Below are positions 51,550 to 64,000 of a stretch of DNA of 64,000 nucleotides, piece by piece. The notes beneath the pieces are model-generated. The model was not told where the DNA came from, made no database searches, and saw only the letters and a program-made list of their open reading frames with translations. The stretch's first letter is position 1. Every line of letters starts with the position of its first letter. The translations under genes and the position numbers were made by a program. This DNA comes from Perna viridis (Eukaryota): contig CM074512.1 in assembly GCA_037379345.1 (NCBI GenBank), positions 35,774,001 through 35,838,000 of the forward strand, in the 5' to 3' direction.

Positions 51550-52149
51550 CCAACTGGGGTAAACAGATTTTCACCAAAATTTAACCACAAATAGATCTAA
51601 TAATGCCGAACACTTTTACCATGTCAGAATTTGGTTAAACCTAAAGGTTTTGGAGAAAAACTGCTGTCTGACCCCTATGTTCTAAACATAATAATGGTGG
51701 CCATGTTTTTTTGATGGATCAAAAATCAAAATATTCACTTTGAGCAGGATGCCCTCAGAAAATTTTAAATTAAGTTTCATCAAAATCCATTCAGAAATGA
51801 TGATGACAGACACCAAGTGATGGTAACAGCTCACAAGGCCGACAGCCAGGTGAGCTAAAAAAGGCATGATCCACCAGAACAGATTAAACCAAAACAGATT
51901 TCTTCTTTTCTCAGTTTTATTTCCAGTTCAATTAATAGACTTCTATTTTGAAGCATCCTTTTATGAAAAAAAACATACAAAAAGTGTACTGATTAGTAGT
52001 TGCAGAAAAAAAAAACAACACATCATTAAATAGCACTCAGATTTTAATGGACCTTAAATTCAATGCCATTAACTCTATGACATCAGAACAACCCCATAAA
52101 CAAAACAATCTGCACTTTTGCTCTTTAAAAGATGAATTACATCACTTAC

Positions 52150-52400
52150 TGGATGATATCATCGGACACGGCACCATGCATTGATGCCAATTTCAACTTT
52201 TTAAAAATCAGCTGGTATGAGTCAAGCCCCCTGTATAGATATTTCTACCTTGTTTTAATGCATATCAGTTAATGAGACAGAAGCATAATTGCATCCATCG
52301 CAATTTATTGTATCAGGTTCTGGCGATCTGATCAGAATAAATAAAAGCAAACATTGATGACTTTGGAAATGTTCCGAATCACATTACCTGGTTTTGAATT
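52150..52400 (-). other. Candidate exon with donor CCA|GTAAGT; possible ATG at 52181 (MHGAVSDDII, phase 2)
   Basis: Canonical GTAAGT sits at the edge of a CpG-retaining patch with AP-1 sites TGAGTCA (52218) and TGACTCA (52419). Confidence 0.3.
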
Positions 52401-53375
52401 ACGGCAACAAGAGTTGCATGACTCAAGTTCATTAAATGAATAGCAATGTCAGGATGTCGAATTTTTAATTAATACTGAGACTTTAACTGCTTTATACTTG
52501 TGTAATTTACGATTTTCACAAATTAATTTTGCAGGAGATTAATTTTTGCTAACATCATGCAGCGCTATTTACAAATTACTTGTTACTTTTTAATAATGGT
52601 TTTCCTTTTTATAAGTGTCTTGAAATAGAACAATTGGAAGTACCCAAGTGACTGCGCACTTCGTACCCAAGTGACTGCGCACTTCATCACGCTCATATCT
52701 TTTAAGAATGTTATTCTTTCTGAAAACTATTGTGAAGCATGCAAATCATGACAATATATATCATAACCAGAATTGAAAAAAATGCTCTTTTCTTTAAGTA
52801 TAAATTTTAAATCTGGGGTCTGTGGATTTTTTATTTGAAGGGGAAGTCCTGAAGCTCAGGGTTTTTTCAAATCCCATTTTCTACAGCTCTCTAGAGACTT
52901 GATTTGTTTTCTTCTACCTACAAAATAACATGATAGGACAAAAGGAAGAAAATTACAGGAAATGAATATTATTAAGGTTTAGACAGACTTACAAGAATCA
53001 ATATCAAAAGGATTTAATTCCCAAAGATATTCAAGGATATAGAATTAATAGCATTGAAATATTTTTTACAGTTGTAACATCAATGGAATTCTTTAAGTCG
53101 GCATGGATACTAAAATTATCTATTTCTATGCTGTCTGACTTTCATGACTTATGAAATCTCCCAGAATTCCAATAGATTTAACAATGATATATTTTCTGAT
53201 TGAAAGCCAACAGAGAGCTAGAAATCAGACAGTGAATTCTAAAACAAAATAAAAGAAAAGAATGAGGACCTTTCGTGCTGTAAATCTGCCCACTTTTTCA
53301 AATTTGTTTATCAAGGAAATGTCAACATCTTAGTTGAGTTTGCATAACACTTTGTTAAATCATTTACAGTGAATC

Positions 53376-53579
53376 AAACTTAAAAATAGCAATTGTGCAT
53401 AGACTTAAAAATAGCTTTTGTCCAAAGAACTAAAAATAGCCATTGTCCTTAGACTTAAAAATAGCCATTGTCCATAGACTTAAAATAGCTTTTGTCCATA
53501 GACTTTAAAATAGCCATTGTCCATAGACTTAAAAATAGCCATTGTCCATAGACTTAAAAATAGCCATTGTCCTTAAACT
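53376..53579. repeat. 25-bp minisatellite, about 8 copies (AGACTTAAAAATAGCCATTGTCCAT)
   Basis: Direct tandem units at 24-25 bp spacing. Confidence 0.92.
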
Positions 53580-55126
53580 GTTAATTACTCAATGAGTAAT
53601 AGCTCCTTCTTTTAAGATGTAAAACTCTTTATAAGCTACTCATTTTGCTTTCTGTATATTCAGTGGTTAAGATTAGGAGGGGCCACATGCCATTAATCAT
53701 ATTCAAACTGAAAATGTCCCATAGCAATCAGGAATATTTGAATAGAATGTTGAAGAATGTCCTACTGAAATTTTTGAATTTGATGGAAAATGACCCACTC
53801 TCAAAAATCTAACCCCAGTCACTGTATATTGATATTTGATCTCAATCCATCATATAGTTTCATCTATATTCATTGAAGAGCAGGCAAAGCAGGAGCTGCG
53901 CTGATAGGTTTTAGAATAATTCAGTTTCTTTTTAAAACACTGACGTTGGATTATCTCCCTTTGCAAGCTCCCATAATAATCACCTTGCTTTACACACATC
54001 TGTGTACAATGCCAAACCTTTAAATAAATTTTCATCAAAATCCATCTGACAGCTTTGAGCTTACATGGTATGTACAATGATAAATGGACAGGCAGGACAA
54101 CTGAAATAGTGACTCCTTTGCAGTGTTACATAAAGGTCTTGGCTAAAAATAAAGGCAAATGTATTCTAGCATTTTGTGATTTTTTACTAAAGCGATCCCT
54201 TCATTGAAATTCCTAGTTATAAATCTGTTGATGAATGAAAAGACAACAAAAATAAAGCTATAGGTAACCTTCAGGTGAACTTACACATCCCTAATGGTCA
54301 TTTAAATCATTAAGTCTCTAATAAAGTTGAAAGAGTAATTGAGATTTAATGTGGTAAAGTACTGGACACTGGCTAAATCAAACCTTGTATATGTTATCAC
54401 CATGGTAATATACATCACCAAACCAGAGACAAAATAATCCCTTATCCGGTAATCTTACAAGATAAGAAAGGACAAAATTTCCGCACCTCAAATATACCGT
54501 GGTAATTGCACCATTAGACCAATAACGACACAGACAATATCCATATAAAGTCTCTATTTGATCTGTGAGCCAATCTTGTTGATACATCAAGCAATTTATG
54601 GGAAAAAATCTGTCGTCTAGACGATAATTTTATTTTTGTCTTGGGTAGTTTATAAGATGATGGAAGCTAACAAGATATAATCAATAACAACTGTAAAAAT
54701 GTCTTCAGGACAAATTCTTCTGATCAATGAAACCGCACCAATAATAAAACTTAATTTACACAATTGATTGCAGTTCTAACATAGAATGCTAAATCACATT
54801 TAAAATATGAAAAAAGGACAAAAATATCTGATCAAATTTTATTCTATTAACAACTGTTCCAACTATCCTGAGGTATGAACTTCTTAACCTCAAAACTTAA
54901 CGATGAATCTTGAGATTTTTTTAGCTAAAGACCAAAGAATATAGATAAGCAAATTTTTTTTTTTAATTCAGTGGAGAAATAAACATGAATATAAGAAAAA
55001 ACAAAACATGTATTCTGATGTAAAACAGTAGTTACTCCCACAAAAATGTTCATATATGAATTTCTAGCATGACTGAAGAATTCATACTACATTCAATCAG
55101 ATGTGATATGGTACTATAGAATCTTC

Positions 55127-55672
55127 AAGACCATGGGACATCATTGATACACCTGACTTCTCACTTAGATAAGATTTAAAAAGTATATTTTATTCCCCGA
55201 TACTATCTTTGTTGTAGGTTAATTGGTGTGTTGGAAGTGGATTTGACCATCTAACTTTCAATAGTCAATTTACTTACTTCTGCATGATTGACCAATGATT
55301 ACAGATCTATACCCTATAAAAACTAAGGGCCGTAACATCGGTAAAAATGATTCAACCATAACCAAAGCCTGACTTAATCTGTAACTTCCCAAAGTAAGAC
55401 TACATACAAAATATAAAATCAATTGGTACAAGCATTACAAAAATAAGTGCAGCAAACTGTAAATTCACTGAAATTTGAAGTCAAAGGGCCATAACTTCCA
55501 TCAAAATCATTCAACCGTAACCAAAGTCAAACATAATCTGTAACTTTTCATAATAAGGCCATATACCAAAAACAAACTTATTTGGTAAAAGCATAACAAA
55601 AAAAAGTGTCGAAAACGCGGATGGTTGCCCGGCATTTCCATGTCCCCTTGTGACACGTCGCGGGAGACTAAA
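55127..55672. mobile_element. HINE-like element with two internal repeats of about 160 bp
   Basis: Units start AAGGGCC(G/A)TAAC at about 55325 and 55484. Terminal stem-loop GTCCCCTTGTGAC-AC-GTCGCGGGAGAC followed by TAAA (about 55642-55672). The left boundary is uncertain. Confidence 0.5.
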
Positions 55673-56715
55673 TGTTGAACAGCTCAGGGCCCAGTTTCAT
55701 AAAGAATCTTACATTGAGATTTTCCTTAAGTCCTTTTTTTACTCAAATTAACATCAAACAGATGATTTGAAGAAAATTCAAAGATTGTAATTTATATTTT
55801 TGATTATAATTTGAGATAAACCCAGGCGAGGTCTGACCCCTGCCTAGGGTATTCCTGTAAAATATTTAGTCAAAATCATTTCAGAACCACCTGAGGAGGG
55901 GGCAAAAACTAAGACAGTTCTTGTAGACCTAGCAAGAAGTACATCATGTCACTTTATCAAATTTACAATAAATGGGCCATACACTGAATAACTAATTCCA
56001 TTATTTCAGAATTACAACATCAAAATGATTCTGTTCTTCGACTCTTTATGGTATAAATTACATCACTTTTTCCACTTGGTTGTGAGGTTGTTCAACTTTC
56101 ACTTCATGCAATATGCAACAATAGAATCCCAAAATGCTTTTCCATGTTCTATCTATTCCATCCACTGATTTACTTGTACATCCTCAGTTAAGTAATTTCT
56201 TTAATCACACCAAAATTCGGTTAAGATATTATGTGCATGCAAATACCTGGTAGATGTAGTCATTGAAAATGCTTGAAAGTATTTGAACGAATGCCAAGCA
56301 ATCTTTCGACAAAAACACAAAGAGGAAAATATTTACATGTTGCATAACAAATATAATGTCTTTTGTTTCTCTCTATGAAATCACTTAACGAGATACAAGC
56401 CAAAATATCTTTCTGATCATTCAAATTACCCATTTAATACCTACCAATGGATATACTCTGTAACGAAACAGCAGCTGTATTTAATAACTGATACATAAAG
56501 TTTCGTTTTGTTTTTTTTATTGGAAATTTCTAAAATCTCTATTTATCTGTTATGCAGACCTTCAAATATTGTTTGGTTCCAATTTACTTACATAACCAAT
56601 TAACAAATTTCTAAACCCAAAAATTCATTTTCGTCAAAATAATTTTTTTCATATTCAAATGACTGTTTAAAGTACTTTTGAATTATTTTTTTAGGTACAA
56701 GTTATTAGACAGACA

Positions 56716-56937
56716 AAATATTCTCTGGCTTGCATGAGGGACAGGAAATATTTCTGGCTTGCATGAGGGACAGGAAATATTCTCTGGCTTGCATGAGGAA
56801 CAGGAAATATTTCTGGCTTGCATGAGAGACAAGAAATATTTCTGGCTTGCATGAGGGACAGAAAATATTCTCTGGCTTGCATGAGGGACAGGAAATATTT
56901 CTGGCTTGCATGAGGGACAGGAAATATTCTCTGGCTT
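56716..56937. repeat. 29/30-bp minisatellite, about 7.5 copies (AAATATT(C)TCTGGCTTGCATGAGGGACAGG)
   Basis: Direct tandem units; these explain three overlapping repetitive ORFs. Confidence 0.93.
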
Positions 56938-57103
56938 TACATCAAACCACACTAAGTTGACTAATACGAAGCAAATGTAGAAATTTATCACTTAGTTCAT
57001 TTAGTACATATAGCATCATATGGCTGTAAGGGCCTGAGGAATGTTTTATGAAGTTTACCCAGATTTTCACAAAAATTTCACTGATTATGTTCCAATGAGT
57101 TGG

Positions 57104-57410
57104 AAGAGTAACCAAGGGAACCAAAATTCTAGCAGAAATCGAAAGAATGTAATCCAGGAACAAAGACAAGACATGTAAAACAGACAAACACAACACAGAT
57201 CATAAATTAACCAAAATAATACAAAGTAACAAAAGTAAATGAGCAATACAGACCCCACCAATAACTGGGAGCATGGACCAGATGTACTGGTAGGTTAAAC
57301 GTCCTCTGCTTTTCTAGAAACACGGCTGAGTTGCTCATAAAAAAGTTAAATCCAGGGTAAACGAAAGAGGAAAGGAGAACTATGACAGGTTAAAACATAT
57401 TGTTTTTCAA
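57104..57410 (-). mobile_element. Solo Penelope-like 3' tail
   Basis: The reverse complement aligns with 37950-38250 and 51266-51549 (GTCATAG.T.TCCTTTCCTC...GCAGAGGACG...CATGCTCCCAGTT...TTACTCTT). Confidence 0.85.
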
Positions 57411-60400
57411 ATATTTTTTACATGTTCAAATGTTGTACAAGTCTCAGTCATAGGACAAGTGTCTTAAAAAACAGACTGTCTAACTGAAGTTATCAATGTG
57501 GAAGACTATTCATTTAAAAAAAAAAATAGGACATGACAAAGAGAGAGAGCAGATTTGATAGAAACAACTTGACCAAAAGTGTATGTAATGCAACAATAGG
57601 TTTACATGTACATGACAATATACACCTGTAGTGTTTATTAATAAAACCTCACACAAATAAGGGGTTTTCTGAAAGCAGTATTTAATACCTTTAAATAGAC
57701 TATCAACTGGACTTCCAATTTATTTTTACAACAGGATATCCTTGATTTCCATTGTATATATAACTATAACATTTCATACCTGTCAGTCCATACAGTCCTG
57801 CTTTAGTCTTCAAATTCATTTCTGTAATTAGAAAACTGGTTGTAATTATTGAAGATTAAAAACAATCTGATGCATAAAAAACTCTATTTGTATTTATTTT
57901 AATGGTAGTCATGTGCTGAGGATGGCAACTGAGAAAATATCCAAAACAGCCTTGAGCTGGACATCATAGGGAAAAGAAAGCAAGGATGTTCTTGTACCAT
58001 CTGCTGGAAACATTTATGACAGAACTGCATTATCTGGTATACACCTGAGGAGGGGCACCAAAGACAGGAAGCTTGTTTTACCAGTCCCTGCAGGGATGAA
58101 AAGGACTTGTTAATAGTACCAGGTAATTACTTTAAAATTCTCAATCATATTACTTAATAAATCATATTTTTTATCCCAATCTAATTCATTATTCTGACAC
58201 TGAGAGTCACCTTACCACTTTATTGTCTATATACCAGAATGCTGCATGCTTCAAAGAGAAGCAATAACAACTAAAGCAAGATTAATATTGTGTCTCCATT
58301 ATTGTGATGCAACATTTTTCTGTGAAATTTATTAAAAAAAATCAAAATTTACTAAAAAAAAAAAAAAAAAAAAAAAAAAAAGATCTAAATGCAATTACTC
58401 CCTGTGCATTATGTACCAAAAAGCTGATTCATTATTTATTCCATCCAATTAATAAAAGAAAGGTAAGATGCTTTTATTTCCCATCAACTGGAGAAAGATA
58501 AAGTATTGTTGAGGTATATTAATGCTCCTATTTTCCTATAAAGATAAAAAGCATTAATACCAGTACAGATTTGCTAAATACACAGAACTAATTGTAGAAA
58601 GTGAATTTCTGTGGGAAACCAAAAACAATTCCTACTACAATGCATGTGTGGCCAACATAAGCAAGAAAGTGGACTTCTATTAGATTTGAGTTTGAGGGTT
58701 GAGATACATGTAACAACCAGGTTCAACTGTACCCAGAACAATAGCTGCTGCTGCAATTGTGATGTTCAGTGTATATATGCACTTCACACATGCTGTTTTT
58801 CATCAAGACCTAATGTTTTTGTCTCTGTAAAAAAACACTACAATTTTCATCAATTTCAAGGACAAAGATACAAAACAGCTGGAGCACATATTTCATTTGT
58901 TGTTTTTTGTACCCACAGTGCTGAAAATAATGATAAATAATATGAGAAAATCAGACTAAATCTGAGATTAGCCAACATTTGTCATTTTTTTTTTTTTACT
59001 TCCTAAATGATTTTACATGTAGCAAGCTCAAATATTTTGATACCTTTTGTTTTTTTGCACCAGCAAAGATAAATATCACAGAAATTCAAGCCAAATCTGA
59101 GATAAAAAAAAATTGAAAATTTTAGTTTTTACTTTCTAAATGCAATAACATGTAGCAGAGTCAAATGTTTTGTGTAAAATGCCAAATAGCGTGATTTTTT
59201 GCAATAAACATACATAATCCTGCAGATTAAAATAATGTCCATGTTTTTATAGCTTTCAATCAAATTCAATAAGGCTGTTTGTTTTGATGCTATCAATGCT
59301 TAAAGGCATCCAAACAAAACAATTCCAACCAGATTAAAAAGCTTCTATGCTTATCAACAAAGATAAAACTAGTAAATTTTTGCTTGAGACAATAAATTAA
59401 AAAAATAGTTGATATATACTGACATGACATATTCAAACTGTTGCCAATGACGGAGCAGAATATGGGATGGAACCTTTTATACAAGGAAACCAATTGGATT
59501 TTTCTGCTGTTAAGGATCAAATTTCTGGAAAAACAGGACTTAATTTAATGAAATCATGAAAAAATTACAAGAGCACTACTGCTCATTCAGGATATTCCTA
59601 TCTTTCTTAGCTCTAAGCAAGGGGGTTCAAAGTATAGTATGAAACCCTCTTTCCCCTGCCCTTGTCTGTCAGGAGAAAAAAGGTGTTAAAAACAAGCTTA
59701 TAATTGGTTATGGACTTTCAAAGATGTGAATATTTGGTCTAAATTAATGTCCCTATGAACCCCTGAAATATTTCTGGCTATAGCCCTGCTAATTAATTAG
59801 ATTCTTTGACTGACCAATCAGGAAGTAGATCTGCTATAGATCTAATTTCAGTTGGCAATGTATGGTATTACTTGCATACCAAATATGAAATGATAGAAAA
59901 AAGTGTAGAGAGATTGTTATCCCTAAGTTTTAAAATATGAAGGTCGCAAAGGAGGACATGGTCATTATCAGACCTAAAACAGGTCAGCAGGAAGCCTTGA
60001 AATCAATATAAAGTTTTAGAGTTAAGTTTAATTAAGCCCTTCAATAGTAAGAATAAAGAGCTTTGAAGAGAACTGTATGATATGACTACAACAATTTGAA
60101 CTTTGTTCACTTGGGACTAGTTAACACAATACACAAACGTGAAATTCAGTTACAAGTGAAAAAAGTTCTGCTTTAAGGGTGCTAATCAAAGACATTTGCT
60201 TTTGATCCCTGTCACTGAAACATATCTGATTGAAAAATGCGGGCAGTAATTTTTATAAGGAATCCAATTACAACATGTCAAAATCTTACCAAAAATGATA
60301 AAATCAAGTTTTTTTAGGCTTCTTTGGCCACTATGCACATCCACATATGGTAATCTAACACCCTATTGAGTTTCATAACAACCCTGCAAGTGAAAGAACA

Positions 60401-61044
60401 GTTGTGGGAAACACAAGAGACTAAGTTTAGCTGAAAAAGTTAAACAGTCGTCATTTCTACAATTTGTGTGCAAACATATATTTCTGACCGTATGCACGTC
60501 CATGTGCTTATACAGATTACATACCACAAATTTTCATAACAATGCTGCAAGCTACTAAGAAAAGAGTTCAAACAGAGTGAATACTATATACCTCCACCAA
60601 ACTTCATTTGTAGGGTTATTACAAAACACATTTTCTACCAATTCATATAACATCCATTTTCCCCTTTCACCTCCAATATGGCAAAAAAACTCCAAAACAA
60701 TTTGGCCTTCCACCATGTTACTATGAACTTTGTGTTAAAATTTCAAAAAAAGACTCAAGTTATTGTAAATAAAGAAAGATAATGGATATCAATAACAACA
60801 CCACCAACAACAACGACGACAGGGTGATATCATTGTACAACCTAAAACATTTTCAAAGATTATATCAAATCATGGTCTTATTCCCCTCTCTAAACCTTCC
60901 ATTAATATTTAATAGCTACACGCATATATATTTATATCTTATATCAAGTAGCCATGACTTGTTGATCGTAAGAAAATGCGACTAAAGTTTCATACAAATG
61001 GGCAGAGGGATGGAAGGTCTGACGAACAGTGGTATAATATAATA

Positions 61045-61268
61045 CTGTGAGAGCACTTTTATTCATGGATATCAATTTTCATGGATAGCAGACAAATCTT
61101 TGGTTCATGGATTCTTGAATTTGTTGTTTGATTTGTTGTTTGTTTATATGTCTCCCATATTGGAAATAAATGAAAAATATGTATTGCATCATGAATTTAA
61201 TTTCGTGGTTTGTATCAACCACGAAATCCACACAAATTGGTACCCAACAAATATAAAATCTTTCACAG
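61045..61268. mobile_element. TA-flanked MITE (Tc1/mariner type), 224 bp
   Basis: TA|CTGTGAGAG ... CTTTCACAG|TA. Internal repeated TTC(A/G)TGG motifs and inverted CCACGAAAT. Confidence 0.7.
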
Positions 61269-62276
61269 TATCCTTTATTCCTTTGGATAGGAGAACTGAA
61301 ATAATGAAAGAAAAATTGGTCCAGTCCATGAGGCTTTAAGTTCACGCACATGTACATATAAATTTCCACATCTCATTTCTATCCTATTTTTCTGGCGAGT
61401 CACAGAAGGGTTTCTAGGGTTTGTGAGATTGGAGGAATTTCAGAACATTGTTTCACAGTCCTTGCCTGATAAATTGCTACACTGTTTTAAAAGTAAATGA
61501 ATACAATATCAGCAGGATGTCTTCCAGACACAAAAATTAAACATAACTTAAGCTAAACCACATGTAGAATAAACACCCAACCCAACAGTGGCTGTATGAT
61601 GTAATTGTGACTAAGTGACATTTATCAGTGACACATCCGATGTCTTCAGTCACAGACAGATAAAATGCCATGATTCACGTAATGGACATCAAAGATGAGA
61701 AATGAGTGGGTCAGAATAATATAACTCATAATGACCACATCATCCAGACAAATTAATACAAGACCATTACTAATATTTCAGCTTGTGAAAGAACATATGA
61801 TGGAGATTTGAGTAATATTCAACCAAAGAATCAGGCAAAGTAAGAGCTTTTTCATCAACAAATATCAGATTTAGTACAATTGAAGTGTAGATTATATATA
61901 TTTTCAAGCAAACTTTAGTTACAACTGGGAGGGGGGGTGGGTAGTGAGTAGATGGAAATATTTTTCTAGCAAACCTCAAAAAATTAACATCTTCAGGCAA
62001 AGCCTTTTAAGGCAAATTATCAAAGATAAGTGTTTTTTTAATGTTCTACAGATCACAACAAACCTAAACAACTTCATGAATAAAAAAAATAATAACCATG
62101 CTCTGCATGTGATTTAGATACAACAATACCAGATTCTGAATACTGTACAAGACAATGATAACAGCTTCAATAAAGAAGACGTATTAGCCATGTTCCATCA
62201 GTAGACCAATCAGCAGCTTTATCTAGCTTTGTATAAAAAGAAACTTGACAAATTTGACAATTGGACAATTAAATGT

Positions 62277-63862
62277 ACAATACACTCCAGACAAAACCAA
62301 CCCACAATGGTATGTAGACAATACACTCACTCCAGACAAAACCAACCCGCAATGGTATGTAGACAATGCACTAACTCCAGACAAAACCAGCCCACTTAAG
62401 CAATGGTATGCAGACAATACACTCACTCTAGACAAAACCAACCCACTTAAGCAATGGTATGTAGACAATACACTCACTCCAGAAAAAACCAACCCACTTA
62501 AGCAATGATATGTAGACAATACACTCACTCCAGACAAAACCAACCCGCAATGGTATGTAGACAATACACTAACTCCAGACAAAACCAGCCCACTTAAGCA
62601 ATGGTATGTAGACAATACACTCACTCCAGACAAAACCAGCCCACTTAAGCAATGGTATGTAGACAATACACTCACTCCAGACAAAACCAACCCACTTAAG
62701 CAATGGTATGTAGACAATACACTCACTCCAGACAAAACCAGCCCACTTAAGCAATGGTATGTAGACAATACACTCACTCCAGACAAAACCAACCCACTTA
62801 AGCAATGGTATGTAGACAATACACTCACTCCAGACAAAACCAGCCCACTTAAGCAATGGTATGTAGACAATACACTCACTCCAGACAAAACCAGCCCACT
62901 TAAGCAATGGGATGTAGACAATACACTCACTCCAGACAAAACCAACCCACTTAAGCAATGGTATGTAGACAATACACTCACTCCAGACAAAACCAGCCCA
63001 CTTAAGCAATGGGATGTAGACAATACACTCACTCCAGACAAAACCAACCCGCAATGGTATGTAGACAATACACTCACTCCAGACAAAACCAGCCCACTTA
63101 AGCAATGGTATGTAGACAATACACTCACTCCAGACAAAACCAACCTGCAATGGTATGTAGACAATACACTCACTCTAGACAAAACCAACCCACTTAAGCA
63201 ATGGTATGTAGACAATACACTCACTCCAGACAAAACCAGCCCACTTAAGCAATGGGATGTAGACAATACACTCACTCCAGACAAAACCAACCCACTTAAG
63301 CAATGGTATGTAGACAATACACTCACTCCAGACAAAACCAGCCCACTTAAGCAATGGTATGTAGACAATACACTCACTCCAGACAAAACCAACCCGCAAT
63401 GGTATGTAGACAATACACTCACTCCAGACAAAACCAGCCCACTTAAGCAATGGTATGTAGACAATACACTCACTCCAGACAAAACCAACCCACTTAAGCA
63501 ATGGTATGTAGACAATACACTCACTCCAGACAAAATCAACCCACTTAAGCAATGGTATGTAGACAATACACTCACTCCAGACAAAACCAACCCGCAATGG
63601 TATGTAGACAATACACTCACTCCAGACAAAACCAGCCCACTTAAGCAATGGGATGCAGACAATACACTCACTCCAGACAAAACCAACCCACTTAAGCAAT
63701 GGTATGTAGACAATACACTCACTCCAGACAAAACCAGCCCACTTAAGCAATGGTATGTAGACAATACACTCACTCCAGAAAAAACCAACCCACTTAAGCA
63801 ATGGTATGTAGACAATACACTCACTCCAGACAAAACCAACCCACTTAAGCAATGGTATGTAG
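62277..63862. repeat. 51-bp minisatellite with 45-bp variants, about 32 units
   Basis: Unit ACAATACACTCACTCCAGACAAAACCA(A/G)CCCACTTAAGCAATGGTATGTAG. Seven units lack about 6 bp (ACTTAA). Confidence 0.97.
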
Positions 63863-64000
63863 AGATAACACAATAAATAATCTATCAAAAAATAAACACT
63901 TATAAACAAATTTCCAAGACTACATTATCAATACAATTGGAATTGTTGAACATTAAAGCAAAATGGAAAAGGCATATAATAGTTCTCAGGGAAGACTGCT

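Larger units (their letters stand above)
50281..51862 (-). mobile_element. HINE-type element, family copy 3, interrupted by a Penelope-like fragment
   Basis: Same internal units as copies 1 and 2, and terminal stem-loop AGCTCACAAGGC-CGACA-GCCAGGTGAGCT (51828-51856) followed by an A-run. The left end is decayed. Confidence 0.68.

Noticed and set aside
52641-52686. 23-bp direct duplication; similar short ones at about 28867-28908 and 19141-19260
   Set aside because: Ordinary slippage duplications with no further structure.
37974-57386. Apparently sharp common 5' boundary (GTCATAG) of the three PLE tails, suggesting a processing site
   Set aside because: Similarity continues upstream in the 38-kb and 57-kb copies, and the 51-kb junction is explained by a deletion at CAA microhomology.
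58304-58501. Poly-lysine ORF
   Set aside because: Caused by a poly-A tract (about 58354-58381).
2001-61999. Remaining 60-120 aa ORFs in the track
   Set aside because: F/L/I/K-rich composition is expected from AT-rich non-coding DNA, many have TTG/GTG starts, and none has a recognisable domain.
62223-63839. 538-aa ORF as an annotated CDS
   Set aside because: Almost entirely tandem repeat with a non-ATG start, and overlapping frames are similarly open. Kept only as a low-interest finding.

Overview
This is AT-rich, CpG-depleted eukaryotic DNA, not prokaryotic. The repeat families resemble those of bivalve molluscs, probably an oyster (recognised from memory, not from a search). I see no intact long protein-coding gene, RNA gene or CRISPR array. 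The long ORFs in the track are by-products of tandem repeats. The best interpretation is the intronic 5' part of a large minus-strand gene, with several candidate alternative 5' exons or promoters in small CpG-retaining patches. The clearest is GCC-ATG-GCG-AG|GTAAGA at 7030-7023, with CRE-like, MEF2 and CCAAT motifs upstream. The rest is dense transposon debris: a Ty1/copia (GalEa-like) gag-protease relic, a Penelope-like element with an inverted tail plus further tail copies, and hAT transposase and vertnin-like OTU protease relics that the ORF track misses. There are also Helentron-associated (HINE-type) elements, MITEs with readable target-site duplications (hAT 8 bp, Kolobok-like TTAA with an empty site in the window, TA-flanked Tc1/pogo), a SINE, and minisatellites of 25, 29, 29/30, 46, 51/45 and 65 bp. 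The most promising leads are a multi-branched RNA fold in the Penelope-like 3' UTR that lacks a hammerhead core, the hidden OTU relic, the spread of alternative first exons, and a minisatellite built from MEF2 plus Sox motifs. None is established as a new system from sequence alone.
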